A DNA stretch of 64,000 nucleotides from a virus (IMGVR_UViG_3300031608_000001:2663-66662), one strand, 5' to 3'; shown: positions 9,142-18,108, counted from the stretch's first letter. Numbers and translations: made by a program. Notes: generated by a model from the letters alone, not told the origin.

Positions 9142-10037
9142 ATATAGATCTTGTCTTGTTTCTTTTTACCTGACTGCTGACCTAGTTGCTGTTTTAGATC
9201 CTCTTCATCCTCGCATACCGGAAGACCAAAGGATACAGCATCGTCATACATTTTAGGTGATATGTTAAAACAAATTGTGCCGCCTGGCTTGATATTGTCT
9301 ATACACTTTTGCCATAGCGGAATAAAGAATTCAGTATAAAACTTTTCATCTGATTCCCAAGGCTCCATGTGTTCATATATTTCTAAGTTTACATATGGTG
9401 GAGATGTTAATACAAAGTCATACTCTAGTTCACTAAAGTCTACATCGAGAGCACTTTGCCATAACATTTGTAGTTTAGGCTTTTCAAATACAGCAGGCGT
9501 CTTGTTATCAAGCATCTTAATCATGCTGTCGTATGCTGGCTTCATGTTTATATTTGTGTCAATACCAGTGTAGTCAATACCAAGTGCCCACGCACCTAAC
9601 ATTCTACCGCCCCAACCGGCTGTAGGATCTAACACACTTTCAGCATTATACTTTTGATATAAGTATTTGGCAGTTGTACTCTTAAACATTACAACAGAGC
9701 CTAAGTTAATCCTAAAGCATTCAAATACATTTCCTGCGGCAGATTTGCCACCTCTGTTACGTTTTCTTGCGGAGTCAATAAGTTTATCCCACTTGTCCTT
9801 GTCATTATAGATATCGTAAATAGTATCTCCGCCTTCGCGATGACATTGTAGTAAGTTCTTAAATTGATGATGGTATAGGAAAGGATTGCCATAGAAGTTA
9901 TTCCTGTTTTCACCAGAGTTAAAGCCGAACAAGTTGTTTAAGTCTTTGTTCAAATCGCTGGCAGAGAGAACCTTATGTTCTTCTATCTGCTCGATTGTTA
10001 CATCTTCTATATTTTTATTTACTGGTTTTAGTGTCAT
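9129..10037 (-). CDS. amino (N4C/N6A) DNA methyltransferase; probable start MTLKPV
   Basis: SAM motif VLDPTAGWGGR before catalytic TSPPY. Confidence 0.82.
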   Translation of the reverse strand: MTLKPVNKNIEDVTIEQIEEHKVLSASDLNKDLNNLFGFNSGENRNNFYGNPFLYHHQFKNLLQCHREGGDTIYDIYNDKDKWDKLIDSARKRNRGGKSAAGNVFECFRINLGSVVMFKSTTAKYLYQKYNAESVLDPTAGWGGRMLGAWALGIDYTGIDTNINMKPAYDSMIKMLDNKTPAVFEKPKLQMLWQSALDVDFSELEYDFVLTSPPYVNLEIYEHMEPWESDEKFYTEFFIPLWQKCIDNIKPGGTICFNISPKMYDDAVSFGLPVCEDEEDLKQQLGQQSGKKKQDKIYIWFK

Positions 10038-10704
10038 TAAATATTGTCTCAACTTTCCCTTCGCATAGTGCTCTGTTCTTATGTTTGAAGTAGTCAGTAT
10101 ACTTAGCACCGCCGGCGTGTGACCACATGTGTCTTTGGTAATAACTCATGCCTCTACCTTGCGTATCTAGTGCTTGTAGTTTAGCATTAAGTTCGTTGAC
10201 TAACGTTTCACTTTGCTTAGTAAACTCATCGATTACTTTTCTTTGTTCAGTATTAACAATGTCGTCACCTAAGTACATTGTAGACTGATTAGACTTCTCT
10301 GAACAGAACAAGTAAATGTATCCAATTTTAGGTAACCCGCCATTGTACATAGGATTATTGGATTTGCCACTCTTACACTCTATAAAAAACACTTTATTGT
10401 TTACTTTAAATATAAAGTCTGGAGAGTTATGTGTACCAGTAGGCTGACTAAAGTATACGTTATCAGGCATATTGTCTACAAACCTACCTTCTAGTAACGC
10501 ATCTCTAAACGTAATGACACTAGTAAAGTGTAGGCTAGTTGCTAATGCTTTAAAGTTGCTTTGAAGCAAGGAGTTGTTTTCAAGCACATCTTCTACAGCA
10601 TCTTCGTGGCTAGATAGATTGTGTACACTACCGCTAACTGCTTGGTAGTTTCTAAAATAAGGCAATGCGTTCAATTCCTTATGTATTTTTTGTGCTTTAT
10701 TCAT
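10015..10704 (-). CDS. PD-(D/E)xK endonuclease, putative restriction enzyme
   Basis: SPDF...FIECKS motif; overlaps the methyltransferase gene. Confidence 0.65.
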   Translation of the reverse strand: MNKAQKIHKELNALPYFRNYQAVSGSVHNLSSHEDAVEDVLENNSLLQSNFKALATSLHFTSVITFRDALLEGRFVDNMPDNVYFSQPTGTHNSPDFIFKVNNKVFFIECKSGKSNNPMYNGGLPKIGYIYLFCSEKSNQSTMYLGDDIVNTEQRKVIDEFTKQSETLVNELNAKLQALDTQGRGMSYYQRHMWSHAGGAKYTDYFKHKNRALCEGKVETIFNDTKTSK

Positions 10705-10738
10705 AATTTCAAACTCCTACATTCTTAACTTAACTTGC

Positions 10739-10767
10739 ATTATACCCTATTTCGTGGTAAATGTCAA
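10739..10767 (-). promoter_or_regulatory. sigma70 consensus early promoter
   Basis: TTGACA-N17-TATAAT; RBS TGTAGGAGT. Confidence 0.9.
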
Positions 10768-10808
10768 GTTTTATAGTTCACAACTCATTTAATGATGTGT
10801 TAATGATT

Positions 10809-10861
10809 GATAAATAGATGCTGTAACACGATTGTAACATACAGTTTGACAAAATGTAACA
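10809..10861 (+). promoter_or_regulatory. late-type box plus 11-bp-periodic TGTAAC direct repeats (Pho box/OmpR-family-like)
   Basis: GATAAATA 10809-10816; CTGTAAC 10821, TTGTAAC 10832, ATGTAAC 10854. Confidence 0.5.
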
Positions 10862-10928
10862 GAGCCCAATAGGGATGAAGTCGCACCAAACGTACTAGCA
10901 TTAATGCTACAAACAAAAGGAGAAACAC

Positions 10929-11066
10929 ATGGCGAATCCATTAGGAGTAGTAGCCAGGTTTGCCCATCTAACGATTGGAACGACATCTGACTACTTTAAA
11001 AAATTCGACTCATTAATGAAATCTGGTACTATGGAAAACATATTAGCAGGTGAGGTATACATTTAG
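10929..11066 (+). CDS. small protein, 45 aa (not in ORF track)
   Basis: AAGGAGA RBS 5 nt before ATG; MANPLGVVARFAHLTIGTTSDYFKKFDSLMKSGTMENILAGEVYI; own terminator. Confidence 0.7.
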   Translation: MANPLGVVARFAHLTIGTTSDYFKKFDSLMKSGTMENILAGEVYI

Positions 11067-11090
11067 GTATACATTTTAGGGGTTGTTGAT

Positions 11091-11113
11091 AAAGGGTCTT
11101 AGGACCCTTTTTT
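11091..11113. terminator. intrinsic terminator between convergent genes
   Basis: AAAGGGTC-TTAG-GACCCTTTTTT. Confidence 0.8.
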
Positions 11114-11498
11114 ATTCGGGTGTTTTTGGTTGTCTTAAACCATTCAACCACTTTTCTAAGTTTTGTCCTTTCAGTTTAAGAATAATCGAATCCTTTTCGC
11201 TAAACAGCACTAACTTTTTATTATCAATATAATAAGGCCACACCATAGTTCTATCCATTTTAACTACAGCCTTATTTGTAAGTAGGAAGTTATCTAACGC
11301 AAACGGATAACTAGTAAAACTCTTTTCCATTAGTTTTAGGCCAAACTTGGATAGCCGTACACCTGTTATACTGTTTTTGCGTATTCTAGCATTTTTAAAG
11401 ATAATTGCGATAAGTTCGGTAACGTCATACTCAGCAATATCGAGTTCTTTTTTAAGTTTGGATATTATTTGATATTGTAGACTATTTTTGAGACTCAT
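11112..11498 (-). CDS. conserved-type hypothetical phage protein (probable start MSLKNS)
   Basis: GVRLSKFG and WPYYI; overlaps upstream gene. Confidence 0.7.
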   Translation of the reverse strand: MSLKNSLQYQIISKLKKELDIAEYDVTELIAIIFKNARIRKNSITGVRLSKFGLKLMEKSFTSYPFALDNFLLTNKAVVKMDRTMVWPYYIDNKKLVLFSEKDSIILKLKGQNLEKWLNGLRQPKTPE

Positions 11499-11796
11499 TA
11501 CGGATGGCATCCTCTTGTACAATAGGCCCGCCTTCCATCTGAACAACACAGAACTCATCTGTGTTAAATTGTTTGTTTAATCTTTCTGCTAAATTAAACG
11601 CATGTCCAGGATTAGAAAAACTTGTTTTCTTATATTTAGGGCCTGGGTAGTTTAGGTATGAATGCATGGTTCTAAGATTAATAGGATTGTCATTAAAAAA
11701 CACACTATAAACACTGGAAGCCGCCAAGACTTGCTCTGTTTTATAATTTGTGGTATCGTGATGTTCTAGAATCACTTTTGGCTTTGGTCTACTCAT
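11482..11796 (-). CDS. conserved-type hypothetical jumbo-phage protein
   Basis: MSRPKP...GPKYKKTSFSNPGHAFNLA; AGGAGA RBS; GATAAATA at 11815-11822. Confidence 0.8.
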   Translation of the reverse strand: MSRPKPKVILEHHDTTNYKTEQVLAASSVYSVFFNDNPINLRTMHSYLNYPGPKYKKTSFSNPGHAFNLAERLNKQFNTDEFCVVQMEGGPIVQEDAIRNESQK

Positions 11797-11855
11797 GTAT
11801 GTCTCCTGTATACTTATTTATCTAAAATACAGTTAAAACATACTTTAATAGAGAT

Positions 11856-12095
11856 TTAAACTAGTTTGGACCTTAGCAATTGGTCAAAACCACCAACAAG
11901 CTCGTCGTCTACGAGTATCTGTGGCAATGTAGACACAACTGTATTAAATGTTATTTCTATTGATTCGTACAGGCCTTGTATCTCATGAGGATCATTTACT
12001 ACCGTTTCGTCGTACTCGTAGTTGTTGATTTCTAGCCATTGCTTAGCCATACCACAAATTGGATTGTTAGTTTCTGTGTATATTTCAATCTTCAT
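11856..12095 (-). CDS. glutaredoxin-like protein with atypical NPIC site
   Basis: IEIYT...ICGMAK, TLPQI, VGGFDQL. Confidence 0.75.
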   Translation of the reverse strand: MKIEIYTETNNPICGMAKQWLEINNYEYDETVVNDPHEIQGLYESIEITFNTVVSTLPQILVDDELVGGFDQLLRSKLV

Positions 12096-12348
12096 CTTGT
12101 TTTAACATAAACCATGTAAATTTGCCTAAGTCTCTCTCTGTTTTAAAACTAACAAATGCTCTGTCGTTTTTATTGGGTTGATCTATGTAAGGTGCTGACC
12201 TTTCAAACCACCAACCGTATCCATCCGTAATATTATCTTCGCACCACATCAAGTAACCGTGATTTATAGCATGACCAGTCATTCTGTAGTTGTACTCATA
12301 CTTCCGGTTATACTCACCAATCTTAATGCTATTTGAATTGGCCACCAT
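12085..12348 (-). CDS. hypothetical protein (start uncertain)
   Basis: WC..N..GYGWWF and FVSFKTERD motifs. Confidence 0.65.
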   Translation of the reverse strand: MVANSNSIKIGEYNRKYEYNYRMTGHAINHGYLMWCEDNITDGYGWWFERSAPYIDQPNKNDRAFVSFKTERDLGKFTWFMLKQDED

Positions 12349-12502
12349 CGACTTCCATGGACATACTCTGCTTCGCTACTACATCTTTTGTAGGAGTAAC
12401 TTCGCCAAGTGCTATTAGTAATTCACTAATGTCTAATGAAACTACAGTTGAACCTTTAGATTGATAGAACTTTAAATTTTCAATCAGCGTTTTTAATTTC
12501 AT
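12329..12502 (-). CDS. small hypothetical protein, 57 aa (not in ORF track)
   Basis: MKLKTLIENLKFYQSKG...MEVDGGQFK fills the gap between neighbours. Confidence 0.6.
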   Translation of the reverse strand: MKLKTLIENLKFYQSKGSTVVSLDISELLIALGEVTPTKDVVAKQSMSMEVDGGQFK

Positions 12503-13001
12503 TACGTTTGATCTTATTAAGTTCTTTAAGTCTAAACCTTAGTTCATCTTTAGTTTTAAATGGACCTTCGTAACCATATTGAAATAGGGTAGTTGCTTTA
12601 GGGCAATAACCATGTTTCCAACCTTTCTCAAAGTTAATAGCATACCAACCTGCGGCATACAACACATCGCTATTAGCAGTCTTGCTAAACAGCGGAATAT
12701 CTCTATTGTATTCAGAGTGATCACTAGCAACCAATTCTGGTGCTGGAAAGGGAATTTCGAATCCTGCGATAAACATTTTATCTGGGTGTACTACGTGGTC
12801 TGCTTCTTTCTTAAATACTTTCGCACCAAAGAACTTTTCAACATCGCGGTCTGAGTAAAACTCTTCCTTAATTTCATTAGATAGGTATTCATATGTTCCT
12901 TGAACATTTTGATATAAAACACCTACGTTACCTCGTTGCTGATCTATTACTAACCAACTACACTCATCAACCTTTTTAATTGTTGCTTTCTTACTCATCA
13001 T
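12480..13001 (-). CDS. conserved-type hypothetical phage protein
   Basis: PLFSKT...YAAGWY...CPK...YEGPFKT; GGAG RBS. Confidence 0.8.
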   Translation of the reverse strand: MMSKKATIKKVDECSWLVIDQQRGNVGVLYQNVQGTYEYLSNEIKEEFYSDRDVEKFFGAKVFKKEADHVVHPDKMFIAGFEIPFPAPELVASDHSEYNRDIPLFSKTANSDVLYAAGWYAINFEKGWKHGYCPKATTLFQYGYEGPFKTKDELRFRLKELNKIKRNEIKNAD

Positions 13002-13230
13002 TATCTCCTTCCTTTATTAACTCTCGTTTTCTTGTTATTTTACCAGTTCTACTATTGGTTGTTGTTGTACATTGAAATATTGTTCCGCCCTTATCGGGTG
13101 ATTCAAATGTAACCAATTTCGATTCTGGTCCGTACTTAATTGCATCCCAAATCTTCCTTATTGCTTCTGACATGCGTTTAATATCTCGCCGAACTCTGTT
13201 GCGGCATTTGTTAGTTTGGGCATGTTCCAT
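12991..13230 (-). CDS. small hypothetical protein (true start probably MSEAIRK)
   Basis: fills gap between RNase H and next gene. Confidence 0.55.
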   Translation of the reverse strand: MEHAQTNKCRNRVRRDIKRMSEAIRKIWDAIKYGPESKLVTFESPDKGGTIFQCTTTTNSRTGKITRKRELIKEGDNDE

Positions 13231-14150
13231 TGATTACAAAACTTCATAAAGAAGATGCCTACATTCTGTATCTTTTCTTTCTCTGTTGATTCAACAAACA
13301 CTTCTTTTACACCTTCTTTAATCTCATCCGGCTGTAGTGTTAAATCAATTAATATCCTATTACGCTCGTAGTCGTCAATGACTCTATGCTCTTGCTCTTC
13401 ATGGTCAACCCAACGTTGTAACATAAAGTTATTAAAGTCAAAGCCACCGCGTTCCATATCAGCGAATGCTTCTTGCATGCCTGTCTTGTTCTTACTGCCC
13501 TTCTTCCTAGCACCTGGAAAAGCACTAAAGATGTTATCACTTGTATCACCTCTAACACACTTTTCAAACAGTAACCATTTAGGATTAGGTATAGGCTTGG
13601 GCTCTCGTGTCTTGTTATCAATAGCACGTTTCATTGTTTTCATTTCAAATATGCCATCGTGCCTAACAACTTGATCAGTTACACCATTGTACTGGCTTAT
13701 ATTCTCGCTAACCAATTGATAAAAGTCGCTGTCTGTACTAATAATCACATGCTCGTCATCTGGGTGCTCTTGTGTCCACATAGCAATTAAGTCATCTGCT
13801 TCTGCCTGTGGGTGTCTTAATACAGTACAATTAGTTTTAGTTTTTAAGTATTCAATAAAATGGTCATATGCTTCAAAGAATATTTCATCTTCTTCTTGCT
13901 GATTAGGTGACCTCTGATCCATCGAAACCTTTCTATTCTTCTTGTAAGGTTCATAGAAGTCTTTACGCCAACTTCTACCTTCTAAACAGAATACAACATG
14001 ATCTCCATCGAACTGTTTCCATGACTTCTTAACACTATTAAACATAATGTGCATTGCCATACCAACTTTCATATCAATGTCGCTAGTACGAGCAGTTACA
14101 TGCTTCGCTCTAAAGAACATGTTCAATGTGTCAACTAAAATATATTTCAT
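13158..14150 (-). CDS. rnh: T4-like RNase H / 5'-3' exonuclease (FEN family)
   Basis: ILVD, SWRK..Y..YK.NR, EADD, STDSDFYQL, GDTSDNI. Confidence 0.9.
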   Translation of the reverse strand: MKYILVDTLNMFFRAKHVTARTSDIDMKVGMAMHIMFNSVKKSWKQFDGDHVVFCLEGRSWRKDFYEPYKKNRKVSMDQRSPNQQEEDEIFFEAYDHFIEYLKTKTNCTVLRHPQAEADDLIAMWTQEHPDDEHVIISTDSDFYQLVSENISQYNGVTDQVVRHDGIFEMKTMKRAIDNKTREPKPIPNPKWLLFEKCVRGDTSDNIFSAFPGARKKGSKNKTGMQEAFADMERGGFDFNNFMLQRWVDHEEQEHRVIDDYERNRILIDLTLQPDEIKEGVKEVFVESTEKEKIQNVGIFFMKFCNQWNMPKLTNAATEFGEILNACQKQ

Positions 14151-14566
14151 TACTTACCCTTTTTAACTTTTGCTATATCGTCATCAGTTACTTTAACAAC
14201 ATCAGACGGTGAACGATCACCTTCTAATCCAAAGTCCTGATCTGCATTATCTTGTAGCAGTATTGTTCTACATAAGTCGTTAAACCATGAATTAACTGTG
14301 TCCTCGTCGCTGTTTCCTGTATAACCATTGCTTTGCAACATTGTAACAAAATTATCATTAAAGTCAAGCTCTACAAAGCCTTTTTTAGGATTAATTGGAT
14401 CAACATCCATTTGTAGTACATTAACATAAGGTTCCTCGTTAATTGTTGCTAGTTCTTTTTCAAGTTCAGCACCTTCGAGGTCTCTCTTTGCTATCGCAAT
14501 CTTCTTGTCTTTTTCACTCTTGAACCATAACCTAGGGTCCATTGTATCTTTCATCTTATTCGCCAT
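14150..14566 (-). CDS. conserved-type hypothetical phage protein
   Basis: 138 aa, AGGAGA RBS. Confidence 0.75.
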   Translation of the reverse strand: MANKMKDTMDPRLWFKSEKDKKIAIAKRDLEGAELEKELATINEEPYVNVLQMDVDPINPKKGFVELDFNDNFVTMLQSNGYTGNSDEDTVNSWFNDLCRTILLQDNADQDFGLEGDRSPSDVVKVTDDDIAKVKKGK

Positions 14567-14708
14567 TCTCTTTCTCCTTTAATTCCTTTAACTCTGTAAA
14601 GTATGCTAAACTACACTCTGCCCCGCAGAATATTTTTGTTTTATCACCAGTATGATATTTTATTTCTTGTGGAAATACCATCTTGCTACATGTATGACAC
14701 TTATACAT
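14556..14708 (-). CDS. small zinc-finger (TRASH-like) protein, 50 aa (not in ORF track)
   Basis: MYKCHTC...IFCGAEC (CxxC...CxxxC). Confidence 0.65.
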   Translation of the reverse strand: MYKCHTCSKMVFPQEIKYHTGDKTKIFCGAECSLAYFTELKELKEKENGE

Positions 14709-15120
14709 CTTCTAATGCTTTAATATCCGTTACAATACATTTATCAATTCTACCAAAAGCATCAACTGTGTTGACTCTTAAGCCTTTTTGAATTCTTTCA
14801 AAATAAGATTGATTTAGTGGATTGCCAAGTATAAAAGCATTTGCCATATTTAAATTCCAACAAAATGATACAGTTAGTTCATACTTCTTTCTATCTCTCA
14901 TTTCGATTACTATTGTGTTATCATCTGTAGAATACGCATCTCTAACTTGCCCTGTAAAAATAATAATAGGCTCTTCTACTTCTACTATGTTTTCTACTAT
15001 GTTTATCTCATGCCCGTGATATGTAACGTTGTGGTCCTCTGCTAGAACAAATGCCGTCCATAACGGTAAACTGAGTACTATTGCTATTTTAACTATGTTG
15101 TCGTATAAAAATCTTTCCAT
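14701..15120 (-). CDS. exported/membrane-anchored protein (DUF6491-like)
   Basis: N-terminal hydrophobic segment, two Cys in C-terminal domain. Confidence 0.6.
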   Translation of the reverse strand: MERFLYDNIVKIAIVLSLPLWTAFVLAEDHNVTYHGHEINIVENIVEVEEPIIIFTGQVRDAYSTDDNTIVIEMRDRKKYELTVSFCWNLNMANAFILGNPLNQSYFERIQKGLRVNTVDAFGRIDKCIVTDIKALEDV

Positions 15121-15121
15121 A

Positions 15122-15997
15122 TTATTTTCCTATTGCGTTACCGTAAATGTGTACGTGAACTCTGCTTGTATAATTGTAACCTCTTTGGATAGCCTCATCG
15201 GCAATGGTTGCCTCTGTTTGTACTAACCCTTCAAATGTACCACCAACGCCCATAATCCATACAGGAAAGTTACATCCTGCTTCGCGGAATAGTTTGGTGT
15301 TTTCTTCCACTTCTTTCCAACTTGCTTCAGTACCATTAACAACAAATTTCAACTGACCATTGTTTGATGCTTCTGCGTACTGCCCTATTACTTCTGGCTT
15401 GATTGCTTTCTTACTCATCTCTCCAGCAGTTGCCCAAAGTTTAGGACTAAGACTCCAATACCATTCACCTGGATACTCTTTAATGTATTCTACCATTTCC
15501 TGTTCAATTGGCCTAGTGCCGTTAGTTTCAACAGTAACATAGTTAGGCATGTTATTACGTTTCTTAAACTCTTCCATTATATTAATCATACCAGGCTGTG
15601 TCTTCTTAAGCATCGGCTCGCCGCCTGTAAACACCATGTGCACGTTTTGTTGTGTTAGTGGATGTACGAACTTACCCTTAGGTAGAAGTGCTGTTAGCTC
15701 GTCTACAGCCTCCTCTACTGTACGATCAGTAATAAGATGCTTGTAACGTTTACTCCAAGTGTAACTACTGTCACACCCTTTATCAAACACAGGCAAGTCC
15801 ATAACATCTGTTATGTCTGTTAGGTCTAACGTTTCGTATGGTAATACATAAGTGCTAGTATCAGTAGGATCCTTCTGTCCAAAGCCGTTACATTGAAGAT
15901 TACATAGGAAAAATCTCATCCACAAACTAGGTATACCAACGTATTGGCCTTCCCCTTGTGCTGAATAAAATGTTTCGCTATACTTTAAAGGTTTCAT
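15122..15997 (-). CDS. queE: 7-carboxy-7-deazaguanine synthase (radical SAM)
   Basis: FYSAQGEG, CxxxC...CDS, TGGEP, ETNGT, SPK, RVHVHIYG. Confidence 0.9.
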   Translation of the reverse strand: MKPLKYSETFYSAQGEGQYVGIPSLWMRFFLCNLQCNGFGQKDPTDTSTYVLPYETLDLTDITDVMDLPVFDKGCDSSYTWSKRYKHLITDRTVEEAVDELTALLPKGKFVHPLTQQNVHMVFTGGEPMLKKTQPGMINIMEEFKKRNNMPNYVTVETNGTRPIEQEMVEYIKEYPGEWYWSLSPKLWATAGEMSKKAIKPEVIGQYAEASNNGQLKFVVNGTEASWKEVEENTKLFREAGCNFPVWIMGVGGTFEGLVQTEATIADEAIQRGYNYTSRVHVHIYGNAIGK

Positions 15998-16689
15998 TAC
16001 TTGTCACATGCAAATTGTTGTTGAAGTTTAATATTATCCATAAATTCTTTCTTTGTACCTGGATCATCTTTGAACGCACCTTTTAGAACAGTTGTCTGTG
16101 TTAGACTGCTATGTGCCTTAACACCTCTATTCTCTACGCACCCATGTGTGGCTTGTATATAAACACCTAAGTGTTCGGCACCAGTTGCCTTCTGAATCTC
16201 TCTAACAATGTCGTTAGCAAGTTCTTCTTGTAGTGTTCCACGCATAGCACACCATTGTGCTATTCTTGTGTACTTGCTTAGTCCAATTAGTTTGTCACTA
16301 GCAATAATACCAATGTATGCTACACCTCTAACTATCTGATGGTGATGCGAACACATACTTGTAAGTTCGCTACGCACAACTAACATGCCTTCATAACGAT
16401 CGTCGCTATCATTTGGAAATGCTGTTGCGATAGGCATTGCTTCATACCTACCTGCCATTAGTTCGTTAATATACATTTTAGCAAGGCGTTTGCCTGTGCC
16501 CATGCTGTTAGGATCATTCTCAGTATCAATTACAAGTCCTTGTAATACATCTTCAAACTTAACTGCGAGTTCGTCAATCAGTTGTTGCTTTTCGCCTTCT
16601 TGTATGTGGTCAGATATATTATCGCCTGCCCAAAATCTTTTACCTGCGCCAATTAAACGTTTTTTAATTGTGTCACTAACTCCCATCAT
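15997..16689 (-). CDS. folE: GTP cyclohydrolase I
   Basis: SMCSHH, GLSK, QE, HGCVENRG. Confidence 0.95.
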   Translation of the reverse strand: MMGVSDTIKKRLIGAGKRFWAGDNISDHIQEGEKQQLIDELAVKFEDVLQGLVIDTENDPNSMGTGKRLAKMYINELMAGRYEAMPIATAFPNDSDDRYEGMLVVRSELTSMCSHHHQIVRGVAYIGIIASDKLIGLSKYTRIAQWCAMRGTLQEELANDIVREIQKATGAEHLGVYIQATHGCVENRGVKAHSSLTQTTVLKGAFKDDPGTKKEFMDNIKLQQQFACDK

Positions 16690-16876
16690 CTAACTCCTTA
16701 ATTTGTTCTCTTAGTTCTTCTATTTCTCTCTTAAGATTAAGTTTCTCAATCTTCTCATTTGCCAATACGGTATCATCTAAATGATGCTCGTAGTCATCTG
16801 TTATTTTACTATCTAACTCTCTATGTCTTTCTTCTAAGACTTTAAGATGGTTGGACAGACTTATTGATGTACTCAT
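16676..16876 (-). CDS. DUF465/YdcH-like coiled-coil protein
   Basis: LEERHRELDSKI...KIEKLNLKREI. Confidence 0.7.
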   Translation of the reverse strand: MSTSISLSNHLKVLEERHRELDSKITDDYEHHLDDTVLANEKIEKLNLKREIEELREQIKELDDGS

Positions 16877-17042
16877 TGTCTTCCCTCAATACACCGTTTT
16901 CCCAATTCTCGCAGACATCGTTAGCATAATGTATGCTCTTGTCTTTGACGTTAACTGTACCAAACGGTTCGTAATTCTTAAATAAGTGTACGACAAATCC
17001 GTTGTCTTCCACTACCTCTGCTTTTTTATAAACTTTAGTCAT
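16842..17042 (-). CDS. hypothetical protein
   Basis: 66 aa in operon. Confidence 0.65.
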   Translation of the reverse strand: MTKVYKKAEVVEDNGFVVHLFKNYEPFGTVNVKDKSIHYANDVCENWENGVLREDNEYINKSVQPS

Positions 17043-17045
17043 GCG

Positions 17046-17534
17046 TTATCTCCACCACTCTTCATATGGAAAGACAATCCATCTTTCCTGATCAGGTAAA
17101 ACATTATTTGCTGTATAACTAACTTTATCAAATTCGCTTGACTCTTTGTCAAATAATGTACAATACTTAAGGTCGTCATGACGGATAAACATATTGTTGT
17201 TATCCTTACTATCAAAGTCATTGATAATGCTGTCAATACCTATTAGTGTTGTACCTGTGTCGTTGATATCATCAACAACTAAAACCTTCTTGCCTATGTA
17301 TTTAGATAAAATGTGTCTAAGAGTGCCGGAATCTTCGATATGCCCGTCTCTTGTTTGCCACCTAAATGCTTCGAATGGAACTTCAAAGTAATGGCTCAAC
17401 ATAACACCAAATGGATATGCGCCTCTACCGGGGCCTATCACTACATCTGGATGATATGAATCATGGGCCATCTCTCTAACGATGTGTCTGCAGTCTCTAT
17501 TAAGGACGTCCCAAGTGTAATATAATTTGCTCAT
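17046..17534 (-). CDS. purine phosphoribosyltransferase (XGPRT-like)
   Basis: PRPP loop VLVVDDINDTGTT; WIVFPYE. Confidence 0.88.
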   Translation of the reverse strand: MSKLYYTWDVLNRDCRHIVREMAHDSYHPDVVIGPGRGAYPFGVMLSHYFEVPFEAFRWQTRDGHIEDSGTLRHILSKYIGKKVLVVDDINDTGTTLIGIDSIINDFDSKDNNNMFIRHDDLKYCTLFDKESSEFDKVSYTANNVLPDQERWIVFPYEEWWR

Positions 17535-17540
17535 GTGTGT

Positions 17541-17569
17541 ATTATACCATATTTTATGGCAGATGTCAA
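17541..17569 (-). promoter_or_regulatory. sigma70 promoter, likely leaderless mRNA
   Basis: TTGACA-N17-TATAAT ending 6 nt before ATG 17534. Confidence 0.8.
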
Positions 17570-18108
17570 TCGGAATCTAATAAAACTATCTCATTATTGT
17601 CAAAATGTTCTAAATCCAATAGAGCCATGTTGTCGTTGACATTGCGTTTTGTCATTTCTAAAAACATTTCGATCTCATTCGCAAATGCTTTATCTAGTAT
17701 AGGGTTCAGTGATTCTGCTTCCCCAATTTTACCTGTAATAAGCTCACAGGCATTCTTAAGTGATATTGTAAGACCTTCTACAAGCATTGCGTCAAACCCT
17801 TTCAATCGTTTATTAACAAATATAGAACGGTTCAGCATACGCATATAACACTCTGCTGATATCTCTTGTATTTTGATTTCAACTCTACACTCTGCGAAAG
17901 TTAAATTCTTAAATGTTAAAATGTGATATGGGTCAAATTCAGTGTACTTACAAAAGAACTGAATACAGTCAATGATGTCCTCTTCATTAACAGGATAGAT
18001 GTTTTGAATTTCTTCTAAGTCATACCCTGCTCCAATAGACTTGCATACTCCCATCATAGGAACAGCATGTCTTTCTGTTACATAAATCCCACGTCTTTTA
18101 CTGATCAT
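17566..18108 (-). CDS. hypothetical protein with N-terminal DUF433-like domain
   Basis: VP...GYDLEEIQNIYP..EEDIIDCIQF. Confidence 0.6.
   Translation of the reverse strand: MISKRRGIYVTERHAVPMMGVCKSIGAGYDLEEIQNIYPVNEEDIIDCIQFFCKYTEFDPYHILTFKNLTFAECRVEIKIQEISAECYMRMLNRSIFVNKRLKGFDAMLVEGLTISLKNACELITGKIGEAESLNPILDKAFANEIEMFLEMTKRNVNDNMALLDLEHFDNNEIVLLDSD

Noticed and set aside
10840-10928. Known riboswitch (glutamine/downstream-peptide or preQ1) in the small-ORF leader
   Set aside because: Only vague resemblance; conserved cores could not be matched by eye, so an Infernal scan is needed.
10789-10986. 65-aa minus-strand ORF from the track
   Set aside because: The opposite strand has a promoter box, strong RBS, ORF and terminator; this ORF lacks such signals.
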